In this document: positions 28,570 through 38,530 of the stretch, piece after piece
Position numbering within the stretch: the stretch's first letter is position 1
Layout: the number at the start of each line of letters is the position of its first letter
NCBI GenBank assembly: GCA_023380615.1
Contig: JAMCRO010000035.1
Coordinates: 1-47,403, forward strand
Direction of reading: 5' to 3'
Length of the DNA stretch: 47,403 bases
Origin: Candidatus Parvarchaeota archaeon
GTDB taxonomy: Archaea; Nanobdellota; Nanobdellia; Parvarchaeales; Parvarchaeaceae
Program-made: the position numbers and the translations under genes
Notes under the pieces: model-generated
Database searches by the model: none
The model's input: the letters and a program-made list of their open reading frames with translations, nothing else
What the model was told of the DNA's origin: nothing

Positions 28570-29668
28570 AACCTGCTAGTTTTACTACCTCCTGTATCGC
28601 CTCCGCCATATTGGTAAAAGCGTCTATTCCATTTTTTCTTAAAAGCTCTTTTCCTTTAGCTTCATTAAAGCCCTTTAACCTAACTACTATTTTGAAAGTT
28701 ATATTAAGTTTATTTATTGCCTGGACAATACCTTCTGCAACAGTATCTGCTTTTGTTACTCCCCCAAATATGTTTATAAAAAGGACCTTTGGATTTGAGT
28801 CCTTGACCAATTCTATTGCTTCTGCGACTCTTGCCGGATCGTCTGTTCCGCCAAGATCTAAGAAATCGCCTGCTGCCCCTCCTGCCAATTTTATTTGGTC
28901 TATTGTTGCTAAGGTTAACCCCGCGCCATTTGCTATCAAACCAATATTTCCGTTTAATCTAACAAAAGATATGCCCTTTTTCTTTGCTTTCATTTCCAAT
29001 TCATCTGAGGAATATTCATCTCGTTTATATTCTGGGTGCCTAAACAATGCGTCATCTTCAATAGAAATCTTTGAATCCAACGCCAATAACTGAGTATTAG
29101 TTACTGCCAAGGGGTTTATCTCTACTAATTCGGCGTCTTTCTCCGTAAATATTCTCCACATCGAATTTAATATACTAAAGAATTGAAGCCTGTAATTTTC
29201 ACCTAATCCAGTAAATTCAAAGGCCTGCCTCTTCTGATAGTCAAGTACCCCTACAAAGATGTCTAAATCTAAGCTTTTAATCCTGCTTTTTGGTATCTTC
29301 TCTATATCGACTCCCCCATCTGAAGAAACCAACAGTACTGGTGACTTGTTATTTCTATCTAAAGTCAAAGCTACATACAGTTCCTTGTTATGTTTTATTG
29401 CCTTCTCCACCAAAAAAGAAGTCGGTTTAAAGCCATTAAAAGTGAGCGAACTTACCTTATTAAAAGCTGCGATAAACTCTTCTTGCGTTTTAAATTTTAA
29501 GACTCCTCCGTTTACTCCTCTATGACCAGTAGGAACCTGCGCTTTTATTACATGCTCTTCTTCAAAATCCTTAAAATCTCGTGTAGACCTTATCAACTGG
29601 CCTTTTGGTATTTCTATACCATAGGATTTAAACAATTCCTTGCCCTCAAATTCAAGAAGATCAACCAT
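28553..29668 (-). CDS. sucC: succinyl-CoA synthetase beta subunit
   Basis: LLEFEGKELF, KAQV, EINPL, NGAGL, FLDLGG, NIFGG. Confidence 0.95.
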   Translation of the reverse strand: MVDLLEFEGKELFKSYGIEIPKGQLIRSTRDFKDFEEEHVIKAQVPTGHRGVNGGVLKFKTQEEFIAAFNKVSSLTFNGFKPTSFLVEKAIKHNKELYVALTLDRNNKSPVLLVSSDGGVDIEKIPKSRIKSLDLDIFVGVLDYQKRQAFEFTGLGENYRLQFFSILNSMWRIFTEKDAELVEINPLAVTNTQLLALDSKISIEDDALFRHPEYKRDEYSSDELEMKAKKKGISFVRLNGNIGLIANGAGLTLATIDQIKLAGGAAGDFLDLGGTDDPARVAEAIELVKDSNPKVLFINIFGGVTKADTVAEGIVQAINKLNITFKIVVRLKGFNEAKGKELLRKNGIDAFTNMAEAIQEVVKLAGYGNSN

Positions 29669-29826
29669 TAATTAATAAAGATGTCTTTTTATTAAAACTT
29701 TATACTGTTAAAAAGCAAATTATAAACTGTTTTCATTAACATTTTTACTATCTTTAAATTTATTTACTAACGAGTTAAATAACTCTCGATTTAAACATAT
29801 TTAATAATTAAAATTAAAGATTACTT

Positions 29827-31050
29827 ATGTTAGATTCATCGGTGCTAAATTTTTTGATGTTAGGCACGGCAGGAGTCTTACTTATCGGGTTTTTAGGCAG
29901 GGTTTTAGGTAAAAAGACTGCCATCCCCTACATACTATGGCTTATGTTCTTTGGTCTTCTGATTGGCCCGGTTTTAGGGCTTCTTAAAAGAAATTCGCTG
30001 CTTTCATACCTTCCATTTATAATAAATATAATAATACTGCTTATGCTTTTTAATGCGGGATTAAGCATAAACTTGAGAAAAATAATACATACTATTTCTA
30101 GAGGTTTAATACTGTCTTTAACTAACTTCACCCTGTCTTTCATAGCTGTTTTCTTCATAACTTATTTCCTACTAAATAATCTTTTAGTTTCTGGCCTGTT
30201 AAGTCTAACTGTAGCCGGATTGAGCCTATCAGTAGTATCTAGCTTCAGCAGAAGAAGCGGTACTGAAAAAGCAAGAAACCTTGTAGAATTAGAGGCAACG
30301 GTCGAGGAGCCATTGACAATAATATTTGTTTTGGTATTAGTAGGCGCAATAATATTAAATAATACCAGCATAAGTTTTGTTTCCGGAAAAGTAATATCGG
30401 AGTTTTCAATAGGTGCCGTTATAGGAGCACTTATAGGCATGGCCTGGGTGCCTGTGATGAGTTATTTGCAAAGGAAAAGATATGATTACTCGTATGTGGC
30501 TTCGCTTGCAATAGCTTTCCTTCTGTATGTATTTATAGGAGCAATAAACGGCAGTGGCCCAATAGCAGTATTGGTTTTTGGTATAATAATAGCAAACGGA
30601 GAAAACATATTCAAATCACTAAAATACAAGCACAGTATTTCTTTCAATATAAACAAAGAATCCAAATCATTTAATGAGCTTGTTACTTTTCTAACAACTT
30701 CTTTTTTCTTTGTTTATTTTGGTGCGCTTGTACTTTTGAACGATTATCTTGGGTTTATATTTGGAGTAGTGATAGCCTTGGCACTTGTTATAACTAAATA
30801 CATATCAACAAAAGTTGTTTTGTATAAATCTTCTTATGAAACAAAAGACAAGGCAATAATAGGCTCGATGGTGTCAAGAGGGGCAGGTGCAGCGGTAGTT
30901 GCAGCACTTCCTTTAAGCTATGCTATACCAGGAACAGGTTCATTCATAGACATAGTGTTTGCAGTTATATTTGTGACAATATTTCTGAATAGTTTGATGA
31001 TATCCATAATAAATAAGCAGAAATATAAGGAGGAAAATAAGAATGGCTGA
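29827..31050 (+). CDS. cation:proton antiporter (NhaP/CPA1-like)
   Basis: 12-13 TM helices, GLLIGP, GSGPIAV, FFFVYFG, SRGAGAAV. Confidence 0.85.
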   Translation: MLDSSVLNFLMLGTAGVLLIGFLGRVLGKKTAIPYILWLMFFGLLIGPVLGLLKRNSLLSYLPFIINIIILLMLFNAGLSINLRKIIHTISRGLILSLTNFTLSFIAVFFITYFLLNNLLVSGLLSLTVAGLSLSVVSSFSRRSGTEKARNLVELEATVEEPLTIIFVLVLVGAIILNNTSISFVSGKVISEFSIGAVIGALIGMAWVPVMSYLQRKRYDYSYVASLAIAFLLYVFIGAINGSGPIAVLVFGIIIANGENIFKSLKYKHSISFNINKESKSFNELVTFLTTSFFFVYFGALVLLNDYLGFIFGVVIALALVITKYISTKVVLYKSSYETKDKAIIGSMVSRGAGAAVVAALPLSYAIPGTGSFIDIVFAVIFVTIFLNSLMISIINKQKYKEENKNG

Positions 31051-32269
31051 TTCAACAACTTTTATATTATTAATATCGGCACTTATAATATTTTTAGGGT
31101 ATATCGGAGAACAGATATTTAGAAAAACGCATGTACCTTCTTTTCTTTTCCTTGTCTTTATCGGATTTATACTGGGCCCTGTTTTAGGGGTCATACAAAA
31201 GGCATCTTTACTACCTTTACTAGGCGTACTTGCAGAAATAACTCTTATGATGGTCATATTTCATGGAGGATTAGATCTCAAAGCTAGAACCCTGCTTAAA
31301 GATGGTTGGAGGCCATTTGTTCAAGTTGCATTATATATAAGCATAAGCATAATATTTGTGACTTTACTTGCTCATTTTGCGCTGCACTTTGATTTAGTTA
31401 TATCATTGATATTTGCTTCCATAGTTGGTGGTGAAACTACAACTGTTGTTATAATACCTCTATCTAGACAATTAGGAGTAAAGGATAAAACAGTAATGTT
31501 TCTAACATTTGAAGCTGCGTTAAATTCAATAGTTTTAGTAGTTTTGTTCTTAGCATTTGTTGGTCTGTACCAAAGCGGAAGTGCAAACATTTACTCTACT
31601 GTAAATTCATTAATATCTTCGTTTTCGATAGGGATATTTATTGGCTTGATACTTTCAGTAATATGGATTTACCTGCTTAATTATTTGAAAAATCAAAACT
31701 ACACATACGTTTTGACTTTAGGACTACTTTTCCTTACTTATGGCCTTACAGCTAAAGCAGGAGGAAGCGGGTACTTAGCAGTAATAATATTCGGCGTAGT
31801 TTTCGGAAATCATAAATTTATAAGCGAGTTGTTCAGAAGAAAATTAAAAATGGACAAACTTGAAAAACAGATATTTGACTTTCAAGGTGAAATAACTTTT
31901 ATCTTAAAAACATTTTTCTTTGTCTTCTTGGGGTTGGTGTTAAGCCTTTCATTTTCAAGCTTATATTTTGGGTTAGCCGCTGGACTTGCAATATTAGGGA
32001 TTCTTATGTTCTCAAGGTTCATAGCAGTTTCAATATCAACGTATAAGTCGGATATGGTAAAAGATAAATTACCAATATTTATTTCACTGGCCCAAGGTTT
32101 AACCCCTGCTACTTTGGCGATATTGGCTTTGGAAGATGGGATACCTCAGGCAAACACCTTCTTAGTACTTGTAACATATGTCATAATACTAACAAATGTT
32201 GTTACAACTGTAGGAACTTTTATAACCTTAAGAGGGAAAAAGGTAAAAACAAATGCGGCTTCGACTTAA
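31043..32269 (+). CDS. cation:proton antiporter (NhaP/CPA1-like), tandem paralog
   Basis: GFILGP, FHGGL, GSGYLAV..FG, FFFVFLG, QGLTPATLA. Confidence 0.88.
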   Translation: MADSTTFILLISALIIFLGYIGEQIFRKTHVPSFLFLVFIGFILGPVLGVIQKASLLPLLGVLAEITLMMVIFHGGLDLKARTLLKDGWRPFVQVALYISISIIFVTLLAHFALHFDLVISLIFASIVGGETTTVVIIPLSRQLGVKDKTVMFLTFEAALNSIVLVVLFLAFVGLYQSGSANIYSTVNSLISSFSIGIFIGLILSVIWIYLLNYLKNQNYTYVLTLGLLFLTYGLTAKAGGSGYLAVIIFGVVFGNHKFISELFRRKLKMDKLEKQIFDFQGEITFILKTFFFVFLGLVLSLSFSSLYFGLAAGLAILGILMFSRFIAVSISTYKSDMVKDKLPIFISLAQGLTPATLAILALEDGIPQANTFLVLVTYVIILTNVVTTVGTFITLRGKKVKTNAAST

Positions 32270-32302
32270 AAGAAATTTATATTCGAAGATATATAAAATA
32301 GA

Positions 32303-33709
32303 ATGGACAAATTTAGAGTAGAACAAGACTATCTTGGAGCAGTTAGAGTACCTAATGATGCGTATTGGGGAGTTCAAACCCAAAGAGCATTAAATAATTT
32401 CCCAATCTCTGGAATAACTTCCATAAAAGAGTACACTTATGCAATAGTTTTAATAAAGAAGGCTGCTGCAATGGCAAATTCGGAGATAGGCCTTTTAAAA
32501 AAGAAGAAGTCGGACGCAATAATACAAGCATGCAATAAGATACTAGAAGGAAAGTTTGACAACCAATTTCTAGTTGATATTTACCAAGCAGGGGAAGGCA
32601 CCTCAAACAACATGAACGTAAATGAGGTTATTGCAAACCTCGCTATTGAAAAACTTGGCAAAGGAAGAGGAGACTATTCTGTGATACACCCTAATGATGA
32701 CGTAAATATGGGCCAGTCATCTAATGATGTTATACCAACTGCTACAAAGATAGCTGCTTTAAAACTTTCGAATGAATTGATAAACTCACTAAATGAACTT
32801 GAAAAATCATTTTCAAAAAAAGCCATAGAATTTAATAAGATAATAAAAAGCGGAAGAACACATTTAATGGATGCAGCACCTATACGGTTAGGGCAGGAGT
32901 TCAATGCATGGTCTGATTTAATAAAAGAATCCGCATACAGAATAAAAGAAGCAAACAAAGAACTGGAAAACATAAACTTAGGAGCAACGGCTGTTGGCAC
33001 GGGAATAAACGCGGATCCTAGATACGTAAAAAAGGCTATAAGCTACCTTTCAAATTGGACTGGGCTTAAATTGAAACAATCTAAGGATTTGCCCGCGGTT
33101 ACTGAATCGCCTTCGGATTTATTTGCACTTTCAGCTGCGATAACCGTTCTTTCTGCTGATTTGATAAAGATTGCCAATGATCTTAGATTAATGAATTCTG
33201 GCCCAATAACTGGCTTAGCAGAGATAACTTTACCTGCAGTTCAACCGGGATCTTCGATAATGCCTGGCAAAGTCAATCCAAGTATAGCTGAAATGGTGGA
33301 TATGGTCTGTTTTAGAGTTATGGGGGACAATAAAACTATTGAATTGGCAACGCAGGCTGGACAATTTGAATTGAATGTTATGGAACCAATTATAAGTTAT
33401 TGTCTTTTGCATGATTTAATAATACTTAGGAATGCCTGCAAAGTATTTGCAGAAAAGGCAGTCAATGACATAAAAGTCAACAAAGAAAAAATAGAGGAGA
33501 TGGTAAACAAGACACCGGGTGTTGGCTTGGCATTAAATCCATATATAGGCTATGAAAAAAGTGCTGATATAGTAAAAACTGCAATAAAGGAAGGTAAGAC
33601 AATAAAACAGGTTGCTGAAGAGAAAAATGTGCTTCAAAAAGAAAAACTTGAAAAGATATTTGACCCTTTTAATCTTACAACACCGAGAAAACTAAAAGGC
33701 AGAAAATAA
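32303..33709 (+). CDS. fumC: class II fumarate hydratase (fumarase/aspartase family)
   Basis: GSSIMPGKVNP, HPNDDVN, GQSSND, GRTHLMDA. Fumarase favoured over aspartase by these motifs and the TCA context. Confidence 0.75.
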   Translation: MDKFRVEQDYLGAVRVPNDAYWGVQTQRALNNFPISGITSIKEYTYAIVLIKKAAAMANSEIGLLKKKKSDAIIQACNKILEGKFDNQFLVDIYQAGEGTSNNMNVNEVIANLAIEKLGKGRGDYSVIHPNDDVNMGQSSNDVIPTATKIAALKLSNELINSLNELEKSFSKKAIEFNKIIKSGRTHLMDAAPIRLGQEFNAWSDLIKESAYRIKEANKELENINLGATAVGTGINADPRYVKKAISYLSNWTGLKLKQSKDLPAVTESPSDLFALSAAITVLSADLIKIANDLRLMNSGPITGLAEITLPAVQPGSSIMPGKVNPSIAEMVDMVCFRVMGDNKTIELATQAGQFELNVMEPIISYCLLHDLIILRNACKVFAEKAVNDIKVNKEKIEEMVNKTPGVGLALNPYIGYEKSADIVKTAIKEGKTIKQVAEEKNVLQKEKLEKIFDPFNLTTPRKLKGRK

Positions 33710-33739
33710 GCTTATTAGCTATAAATGAGACATAACTAA

Positions 33740-34747
33740 ATGATAGTATTCAGCTGTGCAATTGCGGGCTCGGACAGAATAACTCTAGAAAGTAAAGCCG
33801 TGAAGATAGCCAAACAGCACGGCAAAACCCTGGAAATAATAAATTTCATAGATGAGATGATTAAAGTTGCAAATAAAACAAACCCTTATATAAATTCAAA
33901 AAACATCCCGAATCTGGACATAGAAAATATTAGATTATTAAAGGAGAACGCTCTGAAAAACATAAAAACAATAATAGAAGAAAACAAGAAAAAAGATTAT
34001 ATAATAGACGGGCACATGTCATTTTGGTGGAGAGGGGGACCATTAAGCCTTATAAATTCAAAAGATATGCGTACATTAAACCCTGATTTCTTCATATCTA
34101 TCTTAAATGACCCTAATAACGTCAACCAGAACCTACAAAAGAAAAAATCTTGGGAAGATAAAACAGTTGATGAATATGAGATAGCGTTATGGTCCGAACT
34201 GGAACTTTATACAGCGGACTTGATAAGTAATTCTATAAATAGAAAAAACTATGTTATTGGCTCAAAAGAGGATCCTAATACTCTTTATGAATTGATTTAT
34301 AGGCCTGACAAACCAAAAGCTTACATAAGTTATACTATGGAACATAGGAAAAGCGGATATGATGCACTGGAAAGATTCATAAAAAATATAAAGAAGTACT
34401 TGATAGTCTTTAATCCCAAAGCAGTAGATATTGATTCTTACAAGGAAAATGCAAATGAAAGTACAAAGAACCTTATTTTTAACCAGACAGTAAGAAGAGA
34501 TTTCCATTTAGTAGATCAAACGGACATTACTATTGTTTATCTTTCTGATTTAGTTTATTCGAGTGGCGTTGATGGAGAAAGGATGCATGCACACTTTACC
34601 GGTAAAAAGGTCTTGCTGTATTTCCCTTTCGAAAAATACAGCCCTTTTACACCTTATTTCGTTGATAGCATGTTTAAATCCGAAGCTGATTTGATAAAAG
34701 AGATAAAAGAACTATCGAAAAAATACAAACTTAGACAAAAACAGTGA
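33740..34747 (+). CDS. NMP-kinase-fold (archaeal adenylate kinase-like) domain fused to nucleoside deoxyribosyltransferase-like domain
   Basis: Degenerate P-loop CAIAGSDRIT, IIDGH, PDFFISI. C-terminal AYISY...RRDFHLVDQTD...SSGVDGE...GKKV. Confidence 0.55.
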   Translation: MIVFSCAIAGSDRITLESKAVKIAKQHGKTLEIINFIDEMIKVANKTNPYINSKNIPNLDIENIRLLKENALKNIKTIIEENKKKDYIIDGHMSFWWRGGPLSLINSKDMRTLNPDFFISILNDPNNVNQNLQKKKSWEDKTVDEYEIALWSELELYTADLISNSINRKNYVIGSKEDPNTLYELIYRPDKPKAYISYTMEHRKSGYDALERFIKNIKKYLIVFNPKAVDIDSYKENANESTKNLIFNQTVRRDFHLVDQTDITIVYLSDLVYSSGVDGERMHAHFTGKKVLLYFPFEKYSPFTPYFVDSMFKSEADLIKEIKELSKKYKLRQKQ

Positions 34748-34756
34748 AGTTTAACA

Positions 34757-35452
34757 TTACTTTATAAGCCTTACAGCTCTTAATATCTTCTTGTAAATGG
34801 TGTCCACAAGCCCATAAAGTCTGTTAAAGTATTTGTTATTAATCAAAATAGAATAGATTATAAATGCTATTGCAACTCCTAATATTACGCCTGATATTAC
34901 ATCAGTAGGGTAGTGAACACCAACATAAACTCTACTGTAGGATACCAAAGCCGCTTCAATTACTAAAGGTATAGAATACCTCTTTCTTAAAAATAGAAAC
35001 GCCACTGCTGCACCGCCTGCAACTATCAAAGCATGCCCAGATGGAAATGAAGAATCCAAATCCTTTGGAACTAGAACGTGGTCTACTGATGACAGCAATG
35101 GATTCAGAAAAGGCCTTGGCCTGTAATAAACCGCTTTTAAGGATAATCCAATTATTATTATGGCTATGAAAACTATTACTAGCATTACAGCTCCTTTCTT
35201 TGCTTTTTCATTATTGAAAGCGCTTCCTAATATCCACATTAAAGCCACTACAGGCACCCAAAAGTACTCTCTACCGTAAATTGCAACCGCTGCAAAGAAA
35301 GGATCTAAGAAACTAACACTCCATTTTTCATTTATCAACTTAAAAACCGTCAAATCAAAGCTGTTTGATATCTTGAAGTTTACAAGTAAAAATATAACTA
35401 CAAAGAGTATAACTAGTAATATTCCCGTAAATAACAGTTTTTTATTGAGCAT
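34757..35452 (-). CDS. PAP2 family membrane phosphatase
   Basis: K-x5-RPRP, SFPSGH, SRVYVGVHYPTD. Start at 35452 (MLNKK) avoids overlap with the divergent gene. Confidence 0.92.
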   Translation of the reverse strand: MLNKKLLFTGILLVILFVVIFLLVNFKISNSFDLTVFKLINEKWSVSFLDPFFAAVAIYGREYFWVPVVALMWILGSAFNNEKAKKGAVMLVIVFIAIIIIGLSLKAVYYRPRPFLNPLLSSVDHVLVPKDLDSSFPSGHALIVAGGAAVAFLFLRKRYSIPLVIEAALVSYSRVYVGVHYPTDVISGVILGVAIAFIIYSILINNKYFNRLYGLVDTIYKKILRAVRLIK

Positions 35453-35503
35453 TATTATAGAAATAATAAGCAGATTTAAATCCTTTTCGGTACTATATTG
35501 ATA

Positions 35504-36217
35504 ATGCAAGATAATGACTCTTTTGTAGACGTGGATGTTGGTAGCATAATAGATGAGTACCTTAATGAGGAATCTCGACCTAAAACAATCGGAGCTTATT
35601 ATCCCAGTGAAATAGGGATGTGCATGCGACGAAGCTACTATTCCTACTTTATATCAAAGCCTACTGAAACCAGCGCACTTAGGATATTCGCTCTTGGTAA
35701 CAATGTACATGAATTTATAGCAAAGGCTCTTAAGGAATCAAGTACCTTGGCAGTAGCAGAAGAAGAAAAACCGATACGGATAGCATACAGCGATGAAAAC
35801 ACAAAATTCACAATATACGGTAGAATAGACGATTACATTGAAACAAAAACGGGCAAAAAAATAATAATAGAAGCCAAATCCACGGGAGACATCACAAAAG
35901 TAAATGAACCTGATCCAAAACACAAGATGCAAATTTCACTGTATTTAGCGGCACAAAAAGCAGATTATGGTCTGTTGGTCTATGCAGACAAGAAAAACCT
36001 TGAGATAAAACAGTTTAGAGTAGAATACAATGAAGAAGAATACAAAAAAGTGATGCAAAGGTTCAAAGATTTAGATTACCATCTACGAAATAAGATATTA
36101 CCGCCTGCCGAATATTACTTTGACAATAAAAAAGTATGGGAATGCAAGTACTGCCCTTACTACAAAGAATGCATGCAAGCTTTAGCAGATTCAAATTCTT
36201 TGGAGAATTATCAATAA
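35504..36217 (+). CDS. solo Cas4-like PD-(D/E)xK exonuclease
   Basis: PSEIGMC.R, GNNVH, GRID, IEAKS, QISLY, C-terminal CKYCPYYKEC (four Fe-S Cys). Confidence 0.88.
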   Translation: MQDNDSFVDVDVGSIIDEYLNEESRPKTIGAYYPSEIGMCMRRSYYSYFISKPTETSALRIFALGNNVHEFIAKALKESSTLAVAEEEKPIRIAYSDENTKFTIYGRIDDYIETKTGKKIIIEAKSTGDITKVNEPDPKHKMQISLYLAAQKADYGLLVYADKKNLEIKQFRVEYNEEEYKKVMQRFKDLDYHLRNKILPPAEYYFDNKKVWECKYCPYYKECMQALADSNSLENYQ

Positions 36218-36220
36218 AAA

Positions 36221-36598
36221 TTAACTATCTTTAACTTCTTTGTACACTTTTCTTACAGCGTCCAACCCAACGGTAGCGCATTTTACCCTAGATATGCTTA
36301 TATCTCCTATGCCAAGTAAGTTCTCAATGTCTTTCAATTCCATTTTTTCAATTTCCTTTAATGGTTTACCAATCAAAAAACTACATAGTTTTGACAGCGA
36401 AACTGTTGATATAACACAGCCTTTACCCTCAAAGGAAGCATCCTTTACTATTCCGTTTTCAACGTCCAAATAAACTGAAAACTTATCTCCGCAGGAAGGT
36501 GAATAACCTTTTTCAGAGTAGTTATACTTGGTTAGTTTGCCGAAATGCTCTGGATTTCTGTAAAGCTCCACCAATTCATAAAATTTATCGTCTTCCAT
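36221..36598 (-). CDS. sufU: Fe-S cluster scaffold SufU/IscU
   Basis: PSCGD, GCVIS, RVKCA, overlaps sufS. Confidence 0.92.
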   Translation of the reverse strand: MEDDKFYELVELYRNPEHFGKLTKYNYSEKGYSPSCGDKFSVYLDVENGIVKDASFEGKGCVISTVSLSKLCSFLIGKPLKEIEKMELKDIENLLGIGDISISRVKCATVGLDAVRKVYKEVKDS

Positions 36599-37802
36599 AT
36601 TTGTCTGCTATATTGTTTAATTCATATATGAAAGTATCTATCTCCTCTTTTGTATTGTAAAAGTAAATGCTTGCTCTCGCTGCCCCATCTAATTTTAGTC
36701 TGTCTTCTATTAGTGGCTGCGCGCAGTGAAAACCTGACCTAATAGCTATTCCTTTTTTATCTAGTAAGTAGGCGGTATCATGTGAATGTAATCCTGCAAC
36801 ATTAAATGAAAATATGCCGCCGAATCTTTTACTTTTACCGCTATACACATCTACTTTTTTAAGTTCTTTTGCTCTTTCATACAAGTAATTAGTAAGTTCA
36901 TTTTCATATTTTTCGATGCTTTTCATGCTTATTTTGTTTAGATAATCAACTGCTAACCCTAAACCGTAAGCGCCCTCGACATTCTGTGTGCCTGCCTCAA
37001 ACAAATTTGGAGCATTTTCGTAAATAACTTTTGATAGACTGACATCCTTTATCATTTCACCGCCAGTTAAAAATGGCTTTAAATTTTCCGCGATGTCCTT
37101 TTTTATATATAAAACCCCTATGCCGAAAGGAGCAAGCATTTTGTGGCCGGAAAAGGCAACAAAATCGGCACCGATATCTTTAACATCAAAAGGTATGTGC
37201 GGGATAGACTGTGCAGCATCTATAAGAACAAGAGCGCCCTGATCGTGTGAAAACCGTGTTATTTCCTTAACATCATTTATAGTACCCGTAACGTTTGAAG
37301 CATGCGTTACTGCAACTAGCCTTGTATTTTTGGGTAGCTGTTTATAATAATCCAAATCCAACTCATAAATATCAGAAATTGGAGCGATGTCAACGTTTAT
37401 GCCTTTTTCTTTTAAACGAAGCCACGGCAGAAGGTTTGAATGGTGCTCCATATATGTACTTGAAATTCTATCGCCCTCCTTAAATGGAAAAGCAAAGGAA
37501 ACTAAGTTTATTGCTTCTGTTGCATTCCTTACAAAAACTATCTCTTCAGGCTCTGCATTTATGAAAGCAGCAACTTTCTCTCTTGCATCGTTATATGCTT
37601 TAGTGGCTTCCTCTGCTAGGCTGTGTATACTTCTTATTGGATTCGCATTTATGTTCTCATAAAAATACTTGATTCCCTCTATAACTGAAGAGGGCTTTTG
37701 AGAAGTCGCTGCATTGTCTAAATATATCAATGGGTTCCCATTTATTTTTTTAGACAAAATCGGAAAGTCTTCCCGTATTTTTTCTATATCGATATTATTC
37801 AT
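36585..37802 (-). CDS. sufS: cysteine desulfurase SufS
   Basis: YLDNAATSQKP, EHHSN, FSGHKM, FEAGT, RSGFHCAQP. Confidence 0.96.
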   Translation of the reverse strand: MNNIDIEKIREDFPILSKKINGNPLIYLDNAATSQKPSSVIEGIKYFYENINANPIRSIHSLAEEATKAYNDAREKVAAFINAEPEEIVFVRNATEAINLVSFAFPFKEGDRISSTYMEHHSNLLPWLRLKEKGINVDIAPISDIYELDLDYYKQLPKNTRLVAVTHASNVTGTINDVKEITRFSHDQGALVLIDAAQSIPHIPFDVKDIGADFVAFSGHKMLAPFGIGVLYIKKDIAENLKPFLTGGEMIKDVSLSKVIYENAPNLFEAGTQNVEGAYGLGLAVDYLNKISMKSIEKYENELTNYLYERAKELKKVDVYSGKSKRFGGIFSFNVAGLHSHDTAYLLDKKGIAIRSGFHCAQPLIEDRLKLDGAARASIYFYNTKEEIDTFIYELNNIADKYGRR

Positions 37803-37846
37803 AGCTCTATCTAACCGTTATTATTTATAAATATAACGCTGTTATA

Positions 37847-38500
37847 TTAGTCTAATAAATCCATAACCAGAATTTTACCTGTGATGGTTATACTCTGCGG
37901 GTTTTGAAAGGCTTTTTTCATAGCCATCATAGTAAGTGTAAAGTCTGATTTTACCGCTTTTTTGAACTCTCCTGTATCACCGTTCATACCGGAGGGAATA
38001 TCAATACTTACCTTTTTGGCATTTGAATCATTTATTAAGTCAACAACTTCTGCAGTTAAATCTGGCATATCTCCATGAAAACCTGTGCCGAAAAGTCCGA
38101 CTATCAAAACATCTGCAGTCTTTATGGTTTCTTTTAAGCTTTCTAATGTTGCTGAGTCTGGGATAAAATGAACTGGCAGATTTTTTATGTCATTTATAAG
38201 GTGAAGGAAGGTTTCCGGCCCCTCTTTCAATTCTTCTTGTTTTCCAACAATTACAATTTCTATATTAGAATGATTTAAATTAAATAAATGAAAAGCCGAA
38301 GACAGCGTGTCTCCACCATTATTCCCTGTGCCAGCTATGAAAACTGCTTTCTTAAACTCCACATTGTTATGTATGAAATCTGCTACTAAATGGCCCGCAG
38401 TATCCATCATCTTCTCTTCTGTCATGCCCTTCCTTATTGCCTCATCTTCAATCTTCTTTATTTCTGCTATGCTGTAATATTCCATTTTTATAATTAACAT
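37847..38500 (-). CDS. nnrE: NAD(P)H-hydrate epimerase (stand-alone YjeF-N)
   Basis: GTGNNGGD, GLFGTG, SIDIPSG. Likely start at 38485. Confidence 0.88.
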   Translation of the reverse strand: MLIIKMEYYSIAEIKKIEDEAIRKGMTEEKMMDTAGHLVADFIHNNVEFKKAVFIAGTGNNGGDTLSSAFHLFNLNHSNIEIVIVGKQEELKEGPETFLHLINDIKNLPVHFIPDSATLESLKETIKTADVLIVGLFGTGFHGDMPDLTAEVVDLINDSNAKKVSIDIPSGMNGDTGEFKKAVKSDFTLTMMAMKKAFQNPQSITITGKILVMDLLD

Positions 38501-38530
38501 TGATTCTATAAATTTTAGACCTTATTGCAG

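Noticed and set aside
35504..36217. CRISPR-Cas locus
   Set aside because: No other cas genes and no repeat-spacer array in the window.
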